Shown here: in pieces, positions 33,924 through 46,689 of the stretch | How positions within the stretch are numbered: position 1 is the stretch's first letter | Layout of the letters: each line of letters begins with the position of its first letter | Source of the DNA: Pseudovirgaria hyperparasitica | Taxonomy: Eukaryota | DNA: 64,000 nt | Assembly (NCBI GenBank): GCA_010093815.1 | Contig: ML996576.1 | Reading direction: 5' to 3' (one strand) | Translations under genes and position numbers: made by a program | The notes under the pieces: model-generated | Databases searched by the model: none | What the model was told of the DNA's origin: nothing | The model's input: the letters and a program-made list of their open reading frames with translations, nothing else

Positions 33924-35562
33924 ATGTCGACCTTCACGCAAAAGACGGTCGTCGTTGGTGCTGGACCGGTGGGAGCTCTAGCAGCCCTCTATGCGGCCAC
34001 AAGAGGAGACAATGTAGAAATCTACGAGCTTCGAGGTGGTAAGTGGTAGATTCTGAATGCCAGTCGTTTGTTTTGTCTGCTTTGACATGGTCAATTCTGG
34101 ATGCACGCGTCATGGGCAGGGCTAACGATGTTATGGTAGATCTACGAGATCCAAACACCGTGCCACTCAACTTCACGAGATCTATCAACCTGGCACTATC
34201 AGAACGGGGCATTAATTCTTTACGAAAAGCTGACAGGCCGGCCCTCCTCGATGCTGTTCTCAAGGAGACTATTCCGATGCATGGTCGCATGATTCACGGC
34301 AAAAGGCTTGGCAAACTGTTCGAACAGTCGCAAGCATACGACATCCATGGCCGAGTATGTTATGATGCCTGTTTTTGAGAATACAAACTAACTTCTATGT
34401 TCAGGCAATCCTGGCCGTCGACCGTGGCGGTCTAAACAAACGTCTGCTCGATGAGCTGGAGTCCATGCCCAACGTCAAGCTCTTCTTCAACCACAAGATG
34501 ACCGGAGCAGACTTCAAGAAGAATCTAGCCTGGTTCGAGCGTTCAGATCAACCCCGAGCAGACCGCGTCGACAATCGCGGAATCGAGATAGAAGTGGACT
34601 TTGACCTCCTAATCGGCGCCGACGGCGCCCATTCAGCAGCACGCTTCCACCTCATGAAGTTCGCCCGCGTCTCCTACCAACAAGACTACATCGACACCCT
34701 CTGGTGCGAATTCACCGTCCCCCCAGCCGAAGACGGATCCTTTCGCCTCTCGCCAAACCACCTGCACATCTGGCCCGGCGAGGAATTCATGTTCATCGCC
34801 ATCCCCTCCCTCGACAAATCCTTCACCTGCACCCTCTTCGCCCCCGTCGCAACCTTCACCCACCTCGACGCCGACCCAGACTCCCACCTCACCCCCTTCT
34901 TCGACACCAACTTCCCCGGCGTCCTCCACACCCTCATCTCCCCCGCCGCCCTCCGCGCCCAATACACACAAAACTCCCACCTCCCTCTCATATCCATCAA
35001 ATGCACCCCCTACCACTTCGGCTCCTCCGCCGTCATCCTCGGCGACGCCGCACACGCCATGGTCCCCTTCTACGGCCAAGGCATGAACGCCGGCCTCGAA
35101 GACGTCCGCGTCCTCTACGACATCCTGGACGCCCACGCCCACACCTCCCCGCACACCGCCCGCGAAGCCCGCGAAGAAGCCCGCGCCCGAGCCCTCCAAC
35201 AATACACAGCCACCCGCCACCCCGACGCCACAACAATCAACGACCTCGCCCTGCGCAACTACACGGAGATGCGCAGCGACGTGCGCTCGCCCGCGTACAA
35301 GCTGCGCAAGTGGATCGAGGAGCAGCTCAATGCGTGGGTGCCGGCGCTCGGGTGGGCGACGCAGTACTCGCGTGTCAGTTTCGGTAATGAGCGGTACTCG
35401 GATGTGGAGCGGGCGGCGCGGCATCAGCAGGCGGTGCTGGGGCATGTGTTGAGGCTGGCGGTTGGGTCGGGGGTCGGGCTTGGGTTGGTGTGGGCGTGGA
35501 GGGCGGATTGGTTGTCGAGGGGCTTGGGGCGGATGGCGGTTGTGTTGAGGCGTGGAAGGTGA
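33924..35562 (+). CDS. BNA4: Kynurenine 3-monooxygenase
   Basis: [11 protein letters not shown] motif, [54 protein letters not shown]-terminal membrane anchor. Two introns. Confidence 0.95.
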
Positions 35563-35965
35563 GGTGTGGTGGAATGGGATGGGATGATACCCGGGTTTGA
35601 ATGTATGGGTGGTTGTGCTATGTGTATTATTAGATTCCTTGGAGACACGCCGCTCTTTGGAAATAGACTTCTTGTTCCTGTAGACCACTCATGAATGCTG
35701 ACAGTCGTCTTCATGTAATTGTAATGTGATATCTCGCATACGCTATAGAGAAAAGACGAAAGGATATAGAGAATCGGCCGTTAGGTAAGATAAATATCAC
35801 ACGCCAGACCTAAGAGATTCCAGCGCATATAACAAATTGGACCCTACCCTCCGACCCTGCAGAACCAGACCGAAAGACACAGACACAAACACCATTAACC
35901 CCCTGAAACACCATTACCACCTAGCCCAACCCCTCAAAGACCAAACCCAGAACCTCCAAAGAACA

Positions 35966-36793
35966 TCACCAATCCTCAACCGGTCCAAAAGGCGGATACC
36001 CACTCCCACCCTTCCGCCCTGCCCCTTGCCCCGTCCCCCCTCTCTCCCACCTCCACCCACCACCACCAGCGCCAGCCCTCCCAGCAACCAGATTCTCCCT
36101 CCCCTTCACCCGTCTAGGCACCCGTCTCGGCCTCCTCTCCTCAACCCTCGCATCCCCACCACCACCACTTCCCTGAATCCGCACCTCTCCATCCCCACCA
36201 CCACCACCAACCTCAACAACATCATCCGCAAACCGCACACGCTTCTCCACATCCACCATCGCCTTCTTCACAGGACGCGACGCACGATCCGACCCAGCCA
36301 CAACACGACGCACGCGGCGCTCCTTAGACTTGGACTTATACCTAGGCACCGTCGCGGTAGCACCAGCAGGGACAGCGATGCGGTATACAGGCTCATTAGC
36401 CTCATCTCCATCATCATCACCATCATCACCATTATAATAGTGCTGATGGTCGTAGTAAAGATGCGGATGCAAATGCGGCAAATGCAAATGCGGCAAATGC
36501 GGATGAAGCCGCGGATGCCGATGCCGCAGATGCGGGTGGAGATGCGGATGGTGGTGGTTGTGGTGGTGAGAGTAGCGATGCCGGTGCCGGTGATACGTAG
36601 ACGTATAGAGATCGGGGGTGTAAGGATCGACCGAGACGCTGTAGTCAAGGTCGACGCAGCGGGCGTTTGGGAGGAGGGATTCTTCGTCGTCGTTGTTACT
36701 AACGTTGTCGTCTGCGAGTTTTTCAATATCAGTGTCGTGGTCCGAGGTGTAGACGCGCGGCGCGTTGGGCCCGGAGAGGGTTATCCAGCACAT
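35966..36793 (-). CDS. Hypothetical protein with a His-rich low-complexity tract
   Basis: 275-aa ATG ORF with an H/P/L repeat and a KRVRFADD (RVxF-like) motif. No recognised domain. Confidence 0.4.
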   Translation of the reverse strand: MCWITLSGPNAPRVYTSDHDTDIEKLADDNVSNNDDEESLLPNARCVDLDYSVSVDPYTPDLYTSTYHRHRHRYSHHHNHHHPHLHPHLRHRHPRLHPHLPHLHLPHLHPHLYYDHQHYYNGDDGDDDGDEANEPVYRIAVPAGATATVPRYKSKSKERRVRRVVAGSDRASRPVKKAMVDVEKRVRFADDVVEVGGGGGDGEVRIQGSGGGGDARVEERRPRRVPRRVKGRENLVAGRAGAGGGGWRWERGGTGQGAGRKGGSGYPPFGPVEDW

Positions 36794-37535
36794 ATTGACG
36801 GTAGCTTCAGCGGCGTCTACGTGTTCGGGGTGGAGTATGGTAGCAGTGGAAGTAGTAAGAAGTCAAACGAGCTGAGATGAAAAAGAATACTCATCCCATC
36901 CCATCCATCCACCCAGCCAAAGGCGCAGACGAGTGGCATTTTGTTCACATCAAATCAACTTGAGACCTATGTGCAGTCGACAAGGCCGCATGTTATACGT
37001 ACTACTCACGCGTGAGCCATGTTTCGTCTACCTACAGGAGGCAGTGCAAAAGCGAGACAGAAGCGTACGACATGCTCTCGTCGTGTGCTGCATTTTGGGG
37101 GAGGTTGCTTAAAAAGGGGGATCAGATGCCTGATTCAGGCTAGTGAGATCTGTCTCGCATGCGCAGACTTCAGCGTCAAACATTGTGAATTTGATCCATC
37201 TGCGAAGAGGAGCGCAGTGGATGTAAGTAGTAGTAGTAGATGTCCCCGCGAACGTAAGATAGTATTGTCTCAGAGCTGGAGGGCGCGTGTGATGAGGTCA
37301 GGTGTTGACATAATCTGCATACGGAGCAGGCAGCATGCGTAGGGAGCACAACAAGTGTAGATGAGGCCTCTGCGACTGCATTAATAATCCCATCAACGTT
37401 CGAGAAATTATCTACAGTGTATAAATTCTCGTAATAGTGATATATAGTGAAAGGTTTCAAGAGAAAGTAGACCAAAGGAGATCGCTAAGCAGAGGAGAAC
37501 TGATTCGTCAACACGGTACCTGTGACTTTAGAACT

Positions 37536-39202
37536 TCAAAATTTCTTGTCGAGTTTCTTCAAGAATCCACCAACTCCTTTCTCGAATTTCTTCGCCCCAG
37601 TCTCAAATCGGCCAGGCTTCTGGCCTGCCTGCGCAGGTGGTTTGTGGTGTGCAGCTTCGTTTTCTGTCGGCCGGTATGCCTGCTGGTGAACAGCGTATGG
37701 GTCTGAAGAGGACATGTTCTGCGCATAGTTGTATTGGGTATAACCACCTGGAGGCATACCAGGAGATGGTTGAGGCGCATACCCTGGTGTTGGCGGTTGA
37801 CTTGGAGAATGTGATGGTGGTTTGTTGCCCGGCACGGGAGGAAAGCCTGGCGACTGGATTGGCGGGAAACCCGGGGACTGAACAGGCTGAAACCCTGGAG
37901 ATTGTACTGGCGGATGTCCTGGCGATCCTGGGTAGTTTGAAAGCTGTTGGCTATGGTAACCGCCATAGGGCTGTTGCTGCTGGTGCATGCCTTGAGGGGG
38001 TGTACCCGTGTTCTGTGGTTGATTTGGAGGGGGCGCAAATGACTGGGCTTGCGGTGGTGGCGGCGGGAACGAATTCGTCGTGTTTGTTCTCTGGATCCCT
38101 ACTGGTGTACCCGATGGTGGAGGCGAGAAGCTGCCTACACCCTGTTGTTGTGGTGGTGGTGGGCCTGGCATATATGGTTGTTGCCCGGTCTGTTGTGGGA
38201 ACGACCCTTGGTGTTGAAGATGTGGTGGCGCATATTGGTTGCCATGGTCCTGAGCTACAGCTGCAGTGAGACCAGTCCCGTGCTCGGCTTCTGGGGGTGG
38301 AGGAGTCGGTTCACGATGCGCAATGGGCTCTGGGGCGGCGGGCGCGGCGGGATTGTAGGCCATTGGGGCATAATTCGCAGGTGCTTCTACTGGGGGAGGT
38401 GAAGAAGTCGTATGCGGGTTGGACGGTGTTGGAGCAGTGGGTGGGCCGGGGAAGGAGTGTGTGGTGCTGATGCTATCAGGGCGTCCTTGCCCCTGATATG
38501 GCTTCGAGATGGCGACCTGTTCCAGTTTCTGAACGACCGGACTCACGGTGGACTGTCTGTGATCGGCAACTTGGGCTTGCTGCTGTTGTTGGTATGGCAC
38601 CTGTTGTTGCTGGGGCGCGTCTAGGAGTCTCAGTTGACTCTCATGCACCACTCTTTTCAACGAGTCAAGGAACATCTCCGAGTCGTCTACTGTCCAAAAG
38701 TACATTTCCACAGTATGGAGCCGGTACGTGTATCTGCCTTCACCGCGCTGGTCTGGAGCCGGGAGGTGCCATTGCGACAAGTCTGTCTGCGGTGTTGAGC
38801 CTGCGCTGCCATTCTGTGGCGTGAGGCCGTCTACGACTATAGTAAAGAGGGTCGGGTGCTTGTGAGAGCGCTCAATGCGCACCATATCGAGATCTACAAG
38901 TCGTATTAGCTTTCGGTCCTGCCTTTTGAGATTCGAAGTAACTGACAGCCTACAAACGCATCCTGCTCAGGTGTTCCCGCATAATTGGCAACCTCCAACC
39001 TTCCCCTCCGCTGGATTGGATTGTGATAGAGGTAGACATAGCATGTCTTGTCGAACCGGTGATGAGGCGGTTTCACATGCGGAGGGCTAAAGACGTAATG
39101 CACATCGGCAAAGCTTTTCAATCGTCAGACAAGTGGACAATAGCATGGTCCAATGGATACGTACAGAGTCGAGAGAGCCACCTCCCCTTGCTGGGCAGGC
39201 AT
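37536..39202 (-). CDS. Fungal hypothetical protein with Pro/Gln-rich C-terminus, 3 exons
   Basis: Spliced MPAQQGEVALSTL|FADVHYVFSPP..HHRFDK.CYVYLY..LEVANYAGTPEQDAF; YNPAAPAAPEPIAHRE motif; ends KGVGGFLKKLDKKF. Confidence 0.75.
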
Positions 39203-39738
39203 AATTCAGTCTGTGAGCAGCCACGAGGCACGGAGGGGTATCTTAACAGGAAGAACAGACGCACCAAGACACAATCAAAAGCGCACAGAAAGCAACAGAG
39301 GAAGTATGGAGAAGAAGAGGAGAAAGATATAGCGAGAGGCTGAGCTATTATTACACACAGGGTTGTAGAAGTGCCTGGCGTGCAGGCGCCTAATCAATTA
39401 CCTCTGCGCCATCCTCGATCCTGTGTCGCTGTCATGGCTACACCCAATGGGCTTCATCCAAGTTTGCGCCTCAGGCCGTTCACGCCACACTAGTCTGCTT
39501 TGGCACTAGCATATCCATGGTCTCTCCTCCGTCCTCTCTCCGCATCAAGACTTGACTTTTGAACTTTTCCAGATCGCGCGAGCTCTCATCCACGCGACCT
39601 CGTTCACCACTCCGTCGACCTGTATTCAACGCACCGTACTACGTCTTTCAATCTGAAGCTGTTATAAGGCACGCCCCAATCCGAGGGGCTCTCGCGCGCC
39701 ACGACACTACCTCCCGACCTCATCGAATTCCGCCCGCA

Positions 39739-40833
39739 ATGTCCCTTACACACATCGGATATGTGTGCTCGCATATTCAGAATGCCTCACAAGTCCGGCT
39801 GGGCCTTACGTCCATCGTAGCAACCAAAGTCCATGTTGCTCTCATGCTGGCTCTACAGAAACAGGGATTCATCTCGTCAGTCACCCTGGGATCAAAGAAG
39901 CCGCCAGCTACCTTTGCATTACAAGAGCAGCAGCAGACACCAGTGAAAGAGCAGGAAAGTTCAGCCATACAGGACAAGCCATGGCTAGCGTATCCACAGC
40001 CCTCGGAGGCCACGCCATCGACCCAGCGGTCGCTCAAAGCAGAGTACGAAAGACGTTGGTTTGGGAGTCCAAAACTGAGTTTTGTGAACACTCTACTGGC
40101 GCGTGAACAGGGGACGATTGAACAGTTCCCTCCCAAGGTCCTACAGAGTTATTTGGCAGATCGCAAATGGCTCGCAAACGTTCGGCACATATGGGGGCCA
40201 ACGGAAAAGTCAGATGCAGCATTGGAACGAAACTCGAAACACCTGATGGACTCCCTCGACTTGCCTGACTCTCCTTTCTTTACACATATGACCGAGCTAC
40301 ACGAGCATGAGGTTGGAGAATTGCAGGAACTTGCGCAATGGGGTCAGGAACAGAACACGAAACGTGATGCCGGTGGAATACTTCCAGAGTCGCACGTCTA
40401 TGTTGTCGACCAGAAACTACCTCCAAAAAAACAGCACCTTCAACTCCAAGCATTTGGCGCAAAGGCTATCAACCCCATAGCTGTCCTTCCACAAGACCCG
40501 AACCACAAGGTCCAGCTGAATCTACCCCCACTGCAGCGCATAGCCAATGTGCCCCAAAACCCTGCGCAGCGTCGTCTGTGGATAGGCCTGAAATACTGGA
40601 ACTCAGAGCCTGTCATCAGGAAGATGTCCATGATCAGCAAGCCCACCAAGCGCATGACTGCCACTTGGGCCGACCTGAAAGCTATCCTTGCAGGCCGGAA
40701 CCGAAACGAGATCAAGGGCATAGTGAATCCGGGAGAGTGCATATTCATCTCTACTGACATAGGTATGCTAGAGATCAGAGAGGCGGTGGAAAAGAGGAGA
40801 GGTGGACTAGTCCTTTGTAGAGTCATGCCATGA
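39739..40833 (+). CDS. MRPS8: Mitochondrial ribosomal protein S8 (uS8m) with a long internal insertion
   Basis: N-half MSL..VCSHIQNAS..LQKQGFISSV; C-half RRLWIGLKYWNSEPV..ISKPTKR..PGECIFISTD.G.LEIREAVEKRRGGLVLCRV. Confidence 0.88.
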   Translation: MSLTHIGYVCSHIQNASQVRLGLTSIVATKVHVALMLALQKQGFISSVTLGSKKPPATFALQEQQQTPVKEQESSAIQDKPWLAYPQPSEATPSTQRSLKAEYERRWFGSPKLSFVNTLLAREQGTIEQFPPKVLQSYLADRKWLANVRHIWGPTEKSDAALERNSKHLMDSLDLPDSPFFTHMTELHEHEVGELQELAQWGQEQNTKRDAGGILPESHVYVVDQKLPPKKQHLQLQAFGAKAINPIAVLPQDPNHKVQLNLPPLQRIANVPQNPAQRRLWIGLKYWNSEPVIRKMSMISKPTKRMTATWADLKAILAGRNRNEIKGIVNPGECIFISTDIGMLEIREAVEKRRGGLVLCRVMP

Positions 40834-41332
40834 AAGACCGATGCTGCGTACCGCGTAGCTTTTGTATATTACATGTCATATATAGGTGCGTTTTCACTCA
40901 TGCACGAGATGCACAGTACACTTGTATGATATTAATTTCGCTGCCAGACGGGAGCAGCCAAGCCCAGTCTACTTTTTTTCAATATAGATACTTCACATGT
41001 AGACTATTATCCACGGCTTGGCGTGAACAACGATCACCTTTCATGGGTTGAGGGTGAGTACCAAAATGCCATGTTCGTGCTGGTCATACTATCTCCTGCA
41101 TCTTGTGACTCATATTTGTAAGGGCTTCTCGGTGAGGATGTTTCGCTCTGTTTTGTCATATCGCTTCCCTCCCTGTTTCCGTCAAGTCGGATGACGGTCC
41201 TCTTAGCCGGCCATTGAATGTATATCGTGCTTCGATCGATACCCTTCTGATCGTTCCAGCTTTCCAGTCTTGTGTTTTGAAGCGGTTCTAATGCCGGGCT
41301 TAGTCGGTTACTTCTGTGCTGCTGCCGAGCTT

Positions 41333-42157
41333 TCACACGAGCTCAATCCATACGTAGATGTATTGGCTCTCGATCCATGGGGGTGCATAAGTGGGGCGGT
41401 AAAGTTTGGACGAGTAACTTCCCCTCGCAGGCGGGTAGTCCAGCATTTCAGGAATTAATTCTATCCGTACCTGTTTCACTTGCTTGTGATATATATCGGC
41501 CCACTGTTGACTCCGCTCGTCGACTTCTTCCTGCGTGAGTATTTGGAACGCGAGAATGTCGATGCTGGGCATATTGCGGCATATGTCTAGGCAATCGCGT
41601 GAGAGCGAGTGTATGAGTAGGTCATCTGGGTCTGGTAAGTCTTCGACTGTTATGCTGCGGATCCGTCGTGCCATGTCTAGGCCGACGAAGCATAGGACCT
41701 CGTCCAGATGAGTGAAGCTATCGAAGACGAAATGGTTGCAGCTGTAGACGATAGGTTCTGCTTCGCGGCGTATCTGCTTGTTGGTCTCAAGAAGGCCCAG
41801 GGCCCAGTCCTCCTTCGAGTCAGGAGTCTTGAAGATCTCCAGTCTGCCAGCGCAACAATGCTTGTCGCCCTCGCAACGTGCGTGCACAGGACCGACATCC
41901 AAACCAGTAGGAATAGTGAGAGCGTATTCGTAAATCCTGTTCCGGAGCTCAGCGGGCAAGTTCAGGAATGGCGACTGGGACGATTTGGAGTCGATTAGTG
42001 CCTCAGCTTCCTCTTCAGGACGCGTCTGCGTGTCTTCGGATTGGCGCGTGACTTTCGCACGTTTGTGCTTCGCGGCAGGTAAGTTGGCCTTTTTGCGATT
42101 GTCCTTTGCTTTAGCGCGAGTGGCCTTTGGGCGTGTTGCCTTTGGTTTGGAAGCCAT
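41333..42157 (-). CDS. F-box-like fungal protein
   Basis: SPFLNLPAELRNRIYEYAL and LLETNKQIRREA..IVYSCNHF motifs typical of this expanded family. Confidence 0.7.
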   Translation of the reverse strand: MASKPKATRPKATRAKAKDNRKKANLPAAKHKRAKVTRQSEDTQTRPEEEAEALIDSKSSQSPFLNLPAELRNRIYEYALTIPTGLDVGPVHARCEGDKHCCAGRLEIFKTPDSKEDWALGLLETNKQIRREAEPIVYSCNHFVFDSFTHLDEVLCFVGLDMARRIRSITVEDLPDPDDLLIHSLSRDCLDICRNMPSIDILAFQILTQEEVDERSQQWADIYHKQVKQVRIELIPEMLDYPPARGSYSSKLYRPTYAPPWIESQYIYVWIELV

Positions 42158-42876
42158 TGCAACTGCGCAGAACTTCGTCGTCGGAAAGGGGAGATGTACT
42201 TGGGGATGATGTGAGGATTGAGAGAGCTGGAGAAGTTCACAGGCTTTTATGGGGGACGAGGAAGCTAGCTGGCTATGACTCCCATGTCCAGGCAGCAGGA
42301 TGGTTTACTTTGTTCACTTGGAGCAGTTTTGCAGGTGACTCGCACGCGTATAATTGTTGTGTCACTCGAGAACAACAATATTGTTTGCGGGGGTTCACGT
42401 CTTTTTCCACATTGACACGCTGTCGGGCGTTTACTATGACAGTACACCTGATCGACTCTCGGAACATTCAGTCAGCTTTCGTATCGTACGAACGGAATTC
42501 GGTTGCTATACAAGACAAATGGATGGCTTGGGGGTAAAGGCTGTCAAGACTGACGCCGAGCAGAAACCGAACCTTGCGAGGGACCATGATCTTACACCTC
42601 CTCGAATTCCGCTTCGTAGGTACATGTGAGAGGATTCTTTTCGTTCAGTCAAGTTTCACTCTCAAATAAAGGGGGAAACCCATGAACTCGGCTTGGGGAT
42701 AGCTGCCTCAGGCAACAGCGTATCCAACGTCATTCGCAAAGCTTCGCCACCTTTGCAACTATCTGAGCATCCGACCCAGAGCGACACGATACCATGTTCG
42801 ATCTCAGGTCAGTCAGAGCGTCTTCCGTTCTGACGTATACTGTTGTCCTACACATAGGACGCTTCATTCCAGCAGC

Positions 42877-44854
42877 ATGAATGATGAACTCCCGTCCTAC
42901 GACCACGCCGTAAGCCGCGACCACTGGAACCTCGTGGCGAGATATATCAGGTCCCGCGATCTGTGTGCTGCCGTACTCGTCTGCAAGGAATGGTATAGAA
43001 TACTCCAGCCTCATCTCTGGGGCAGTCCGGCATCACACTTTGGCATCGCCAACGATGCCGCGTACAGTATGAGCCTGGCATTCGAGACTACAAACCACCA
43101 AGATCTAATGGAGACTGTTAGTTGCTCTCACCAGATTCAAACGAACACTGTCATGGGCCAGTCTCTCGACTCGCTTACTGACACATACACTGCGTCTTCC
43201 ACCGGCTCATGCGGAAATGTACGGAGGACCGCATTCAGACTGGCTGCGAGATGTTCTCGAGCGTCTACCGCGACTGCAGGCTCTGATCGTCCGTGCAGTG
43301 CCATTCTTTGATCACTCGGCCTTGCACACGGTTCGTGTGCCGAGTTCGAAGATTCAGGGGTTCTTTCGGAACGTGCCGCCTTCGTACTCCCTCCGCCTGC
43401 TTGATGCCTCTGCAACCCCTAATGCCACGTCCTCGGGACTTGCGACGCTGTTGCGCCACCTGAAAGGGCTCGTGTATCTGGATCTTTCACGGACGCTTGC
43501 GGCGAAGGATGTGACGGTGTTTGAGTCGCTGAGGGAGCTTTCATCTCTCAGGATTCTGAAATTGAGACAGCTAGGGCTGAGAGACGAGGATATCTCAACC
43601 ATAGCCCAAGCTGTCCGTACAAGAGTCGCGTCTCTTGATCTCAGGGAGAACCGAATCACAGATATCGGCGTGGGAACCCTGATACAGCATTGTATTCCAC
43701 CGGGACGACACAGCTCGGAGCCCCATCTCTATCTCAGCACGTCTCACGCACAGAACCCATGGCGCGGCAAAGCATCTCTAGATACAGAAGTAGCGCGTAC
43801 GCTCACAACCCGCACGGTAGGACCCCTCGCAATCGAAGAGGATCAAAACAGCGGCATCAGCGAAGTCTACATGTCCAACAACCCGATAACCCCCGACTCT
43901 GTAACCGCCTTGCTGGAACAGGACCTCCGCGTCCTGGACGTCGGAAGCGTGAACACGAGAAACAACCTCCCAAGCACCATCACGAGACCATCTCCAGACG
44001 ACCCAACCAACCACACTCCACCAGCCTCCCACCCCATAACCCACGCCCTAAGCCCAACAACCCCCTCCCGCCTCCGCTCTCTCCGCATCCACCACACCCT
44101 CATCACCACAAACACAAACAACCGAACCAGCCTACACCCATCCCACCTCCCCCACCTCCCCCACCTCCACACCCTAACCCTAACCAACATCCCCCCAACC
44201 TCGCCAGACAGCTCCATCTCCACAACCCTCATCCGCCTCATAGAATCCTGCGCAGCGAAACTGCAAAAAGCACAGCTAGAAGCAACATCAACATACACCC
44301 TCCCACCAGGCCGCAACCGCGCCCTCGCCGAGGCAGAATACGCCGCTTCGCAATTCGCCCTCGAGCACATCGTGCTAGAGCTAGCGGACGAGGACGAGGA
44401 CGGGGACGAGGACGGGGTGAAGGCAAGGGGGCAGAATGCCGCCGATCCTCGTTCCGACGCAGACGATACCTGGACCCAGAATAAACAGCACGGAATGTCA
44501 TCAGCCACGCAAGACCCCGACTCCGACGCCCTGTGGCGCGCAGCCGCAAACGACTTTTCGTTCTTCGGCGCCGACGACACTGCCGCACCACCTCCTCTCG
44601 CCTCCCGGCAGCGCATCAAGCATCCACTCTTATCCAGCTCTCCGGAACACGCGACGATTGATACGGTAGCTGTGCTCTCGGCGTTTCGGAGGGAGCGTAG
44701 GGCTGTGTTTGTGGATGCGGAAGCGGAAGCGCGGCGGAAAGGGGGGGTGGTGGGGTATGTGTGTGGGTATTGGCCTGGTGAGATTAGGGTTGTGCGGGGG
44801 GTTGGGAGTGCTGGGGGTGGGCAGCGGGGTGGGGGGTATGGGGGTGGGTGGTGA
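42877..44854 (+). CDS. F-box-like/leucine-rich-repeat protein, 2 exons
   Basis: N-terminal DLCAAVLVCKEW..LW; intron 43067-43121; LRRs LRLLDAS, LVYLDLSRT, LRILKLR, VASLDLREN. Confidence 0.78.
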
Positions 44855-45244
44855 GTTGGATGGATGGATTGGGGGACGGCGTGGTGGGGGTTGTGAGTTA
44901 TGGGCTGTGGGTTGTGGTTTGTCGTTTGTGGTTTGTGGGCTGCGGGTTATGGGCTGTGGGTTATGGGTTGTGTTTTACAGCGCTGAGGTGTGCTCTGTCA
45001 TGTCATGTCATCTCACGTCGCAATCCACAACCCCAAGCCTCGGATCCCGCATCATGTTTCCACAACCGCTCGAAAACGGAGAAAGAACACGTAGACCAAA
45101 GCAATGACATGACATGACATGACATGACGGAACTACTTGTCCAGCATGCTCTCAAAGCGCAGTAAGCTCCTCCTCCCTAAAGTCTCTCGTGTATGGTATC
45201 AGTGTTCGATAGATACTTGGCTGGTCTGATGGATGGGAGTGTTA

Positions 45245-45563
45245 AGAGGGAGTGAAGGGGTAAGGGGGGGTTGAGAGGGGGGAGGGGAGGAGGAGGAGAG
45301 GAGAGGAGGGAGAGGAGGGGGAGAGGAGGGAGAGGAGGGAGAGGAGGGAGAGGATGGAGAGGAGAGAGGAGGAGGGTAGGGGGTTAAGGGGGGTAAGAGG
45401 GAGGTAAGAGGTAAGGTGAGGGAGAGAGGAGGAGAGGAGAGGAGGGAGTTCAGGGGGTTGAGAGGGGGGAGGGAGAGGAGGAGGGAGGAGGGAGGAGAGT
45501 TCAGGGGATTAAGAGGGGAGGGAAGGGGGAGTTGAGAGGAGAGGGAGAGAGGAGAGGGAGGAT
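45245..45563 (+). repeat. Polypurine (G/A) low-complexity tract
   Basis: About 320 bp of GAGGAG/GGAGA/GGGGG units, nearly devoid of C. Confidence 0.9.
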
Positions 45564-45754
45564 AGGTGTAGCTGTCGATGACGGACGATGGACGATGAGT
45601 GAGGTTATGGGGTTTGGTTATGAGGGTGATTGATGGTGTTTTGCTTGCTTGCTGTTGGACTTGCTTGCTTTACTACTGTTTGTACGTACTACCCTACTCT
45701 CCCCTCATCTCACTACCACCAGTGGGTTACGTATATACAAGATACGCAGTGGAT

Positions 45755-46033
45755 CACTCACTCACTCACTCACTCACCTACTTACTTACTCACTTACTCA
45801 CTTACTTACTCACTCACTCACTCACTTACTTACTTACTCACTTACTTACTTACTTACTCACCTACTTACTTACTCACTTACTTACCTACTTACCTACTTA
45901 CTTACTTACTCACTTACTCACTTACTTACTTACTTACTTACTTACTCACCTACTTACTCACCTACTTACTTACTCACCTACTTACTTACTCACTCACTCA
46001 CTCACTCACTCACTTACTCACTTCCTCACTCAC
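45755..46033 (+). repeat. Compound tetranucleotide microsatellite (ACTT/ACTC/ACCT)n
   Basis: Directly visible tandem array. Confidence 0.95.
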
Positions 46034-46055
46034 TCCATCAATCGCATAGTAAATT

Positions 46056-46156
46056 AGTCAGTCAGTCAGTCAGTCAGTCAGCCCGCCAGCCAGCCAGTCA
46101 GTCAGTCAGTCAGTCAGCCAGTCAGTCAGTCAGTCAGTCAGTCAGTCAGTCAGTCA
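46056..46156 (+). repeat. (GTCA/GCCA)n microsatellite
   Basis: Directly visible tandem array. Confidence 0.95.
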
Positions 46157-46594
46157 GGCTGTCCGGCCGTCCGACCATCAAGCTATCTATCTAGCCAGCC
46201 AACTACATCCAGCACGAACAGGCCCGACAGGTTCACTTCGGAAAGGAGGTGTGGGATGTGAGATGTGATATCGAGTAATTAGTGTTATATGTGACCGGGC
46301 CTACCACCACTTCAAGCTCCCATTTCTGCGTCAGATACACTGAAGCCAAGGCAAGTCACGTCACGTCACGTCGAGTCGGGTTGGGTCAATTCGAGTCCAG
46401 TCAAATCAAGGCAAGCCAGGCACAAACGGTACTATTGCATTCCCAGGATATACACATATATATGCTCGAGTGAACGTACGTACAATCGATCGATCGCTAG
46501 CTATGCTTTACCAACGCCGCCGCCAGTAGTCTTCTCTCTCTCTCCCTCTCCATCTCTCACCCTCTCTCACAGACCCAGGCTCGTACTTTATTTT

Positions 46595-46689
46595 CTTTCC
46601 CCTTTCCCCTTTCCCTCTTCCCTTTCCCTTTCCCTTTCCCTTTCCCTTTCCCTTTCCCTTTCCCTTTCCCTTTCCCTTTCCTTCCTTTC
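46595..46689 (+). repeat. (TTTCCC)n hexanucleotide repeat just downstream of the STI1 stop
   Basis: Directly visible tandem array. Confidence 0.9.

Noticed and set aside
33924..35562. Secondary-metabolite cluster around the FAD monooxygenase
   Set aside because: The enzyme is the primary-metabolic kynurenine 3-monooxygenase, and there is no PKS, NRPS or terpene synthase in the window.
39905..40560. Intein in MRPS8
   Set aside because: No C/S start with an HN-C/S/T end, and no LAGLIDADG motifs.
45599..46194. ORFs of LTY/LTH/SQSV repeats, or a CRISPR-like array
   Set aside because: These are translations of tetranucleotide microsatellites with no unique spacers.
46595..46689. Interstitial telomeric repeat
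   Set aside because: The unit is TTTCCC, not CCCTAA.
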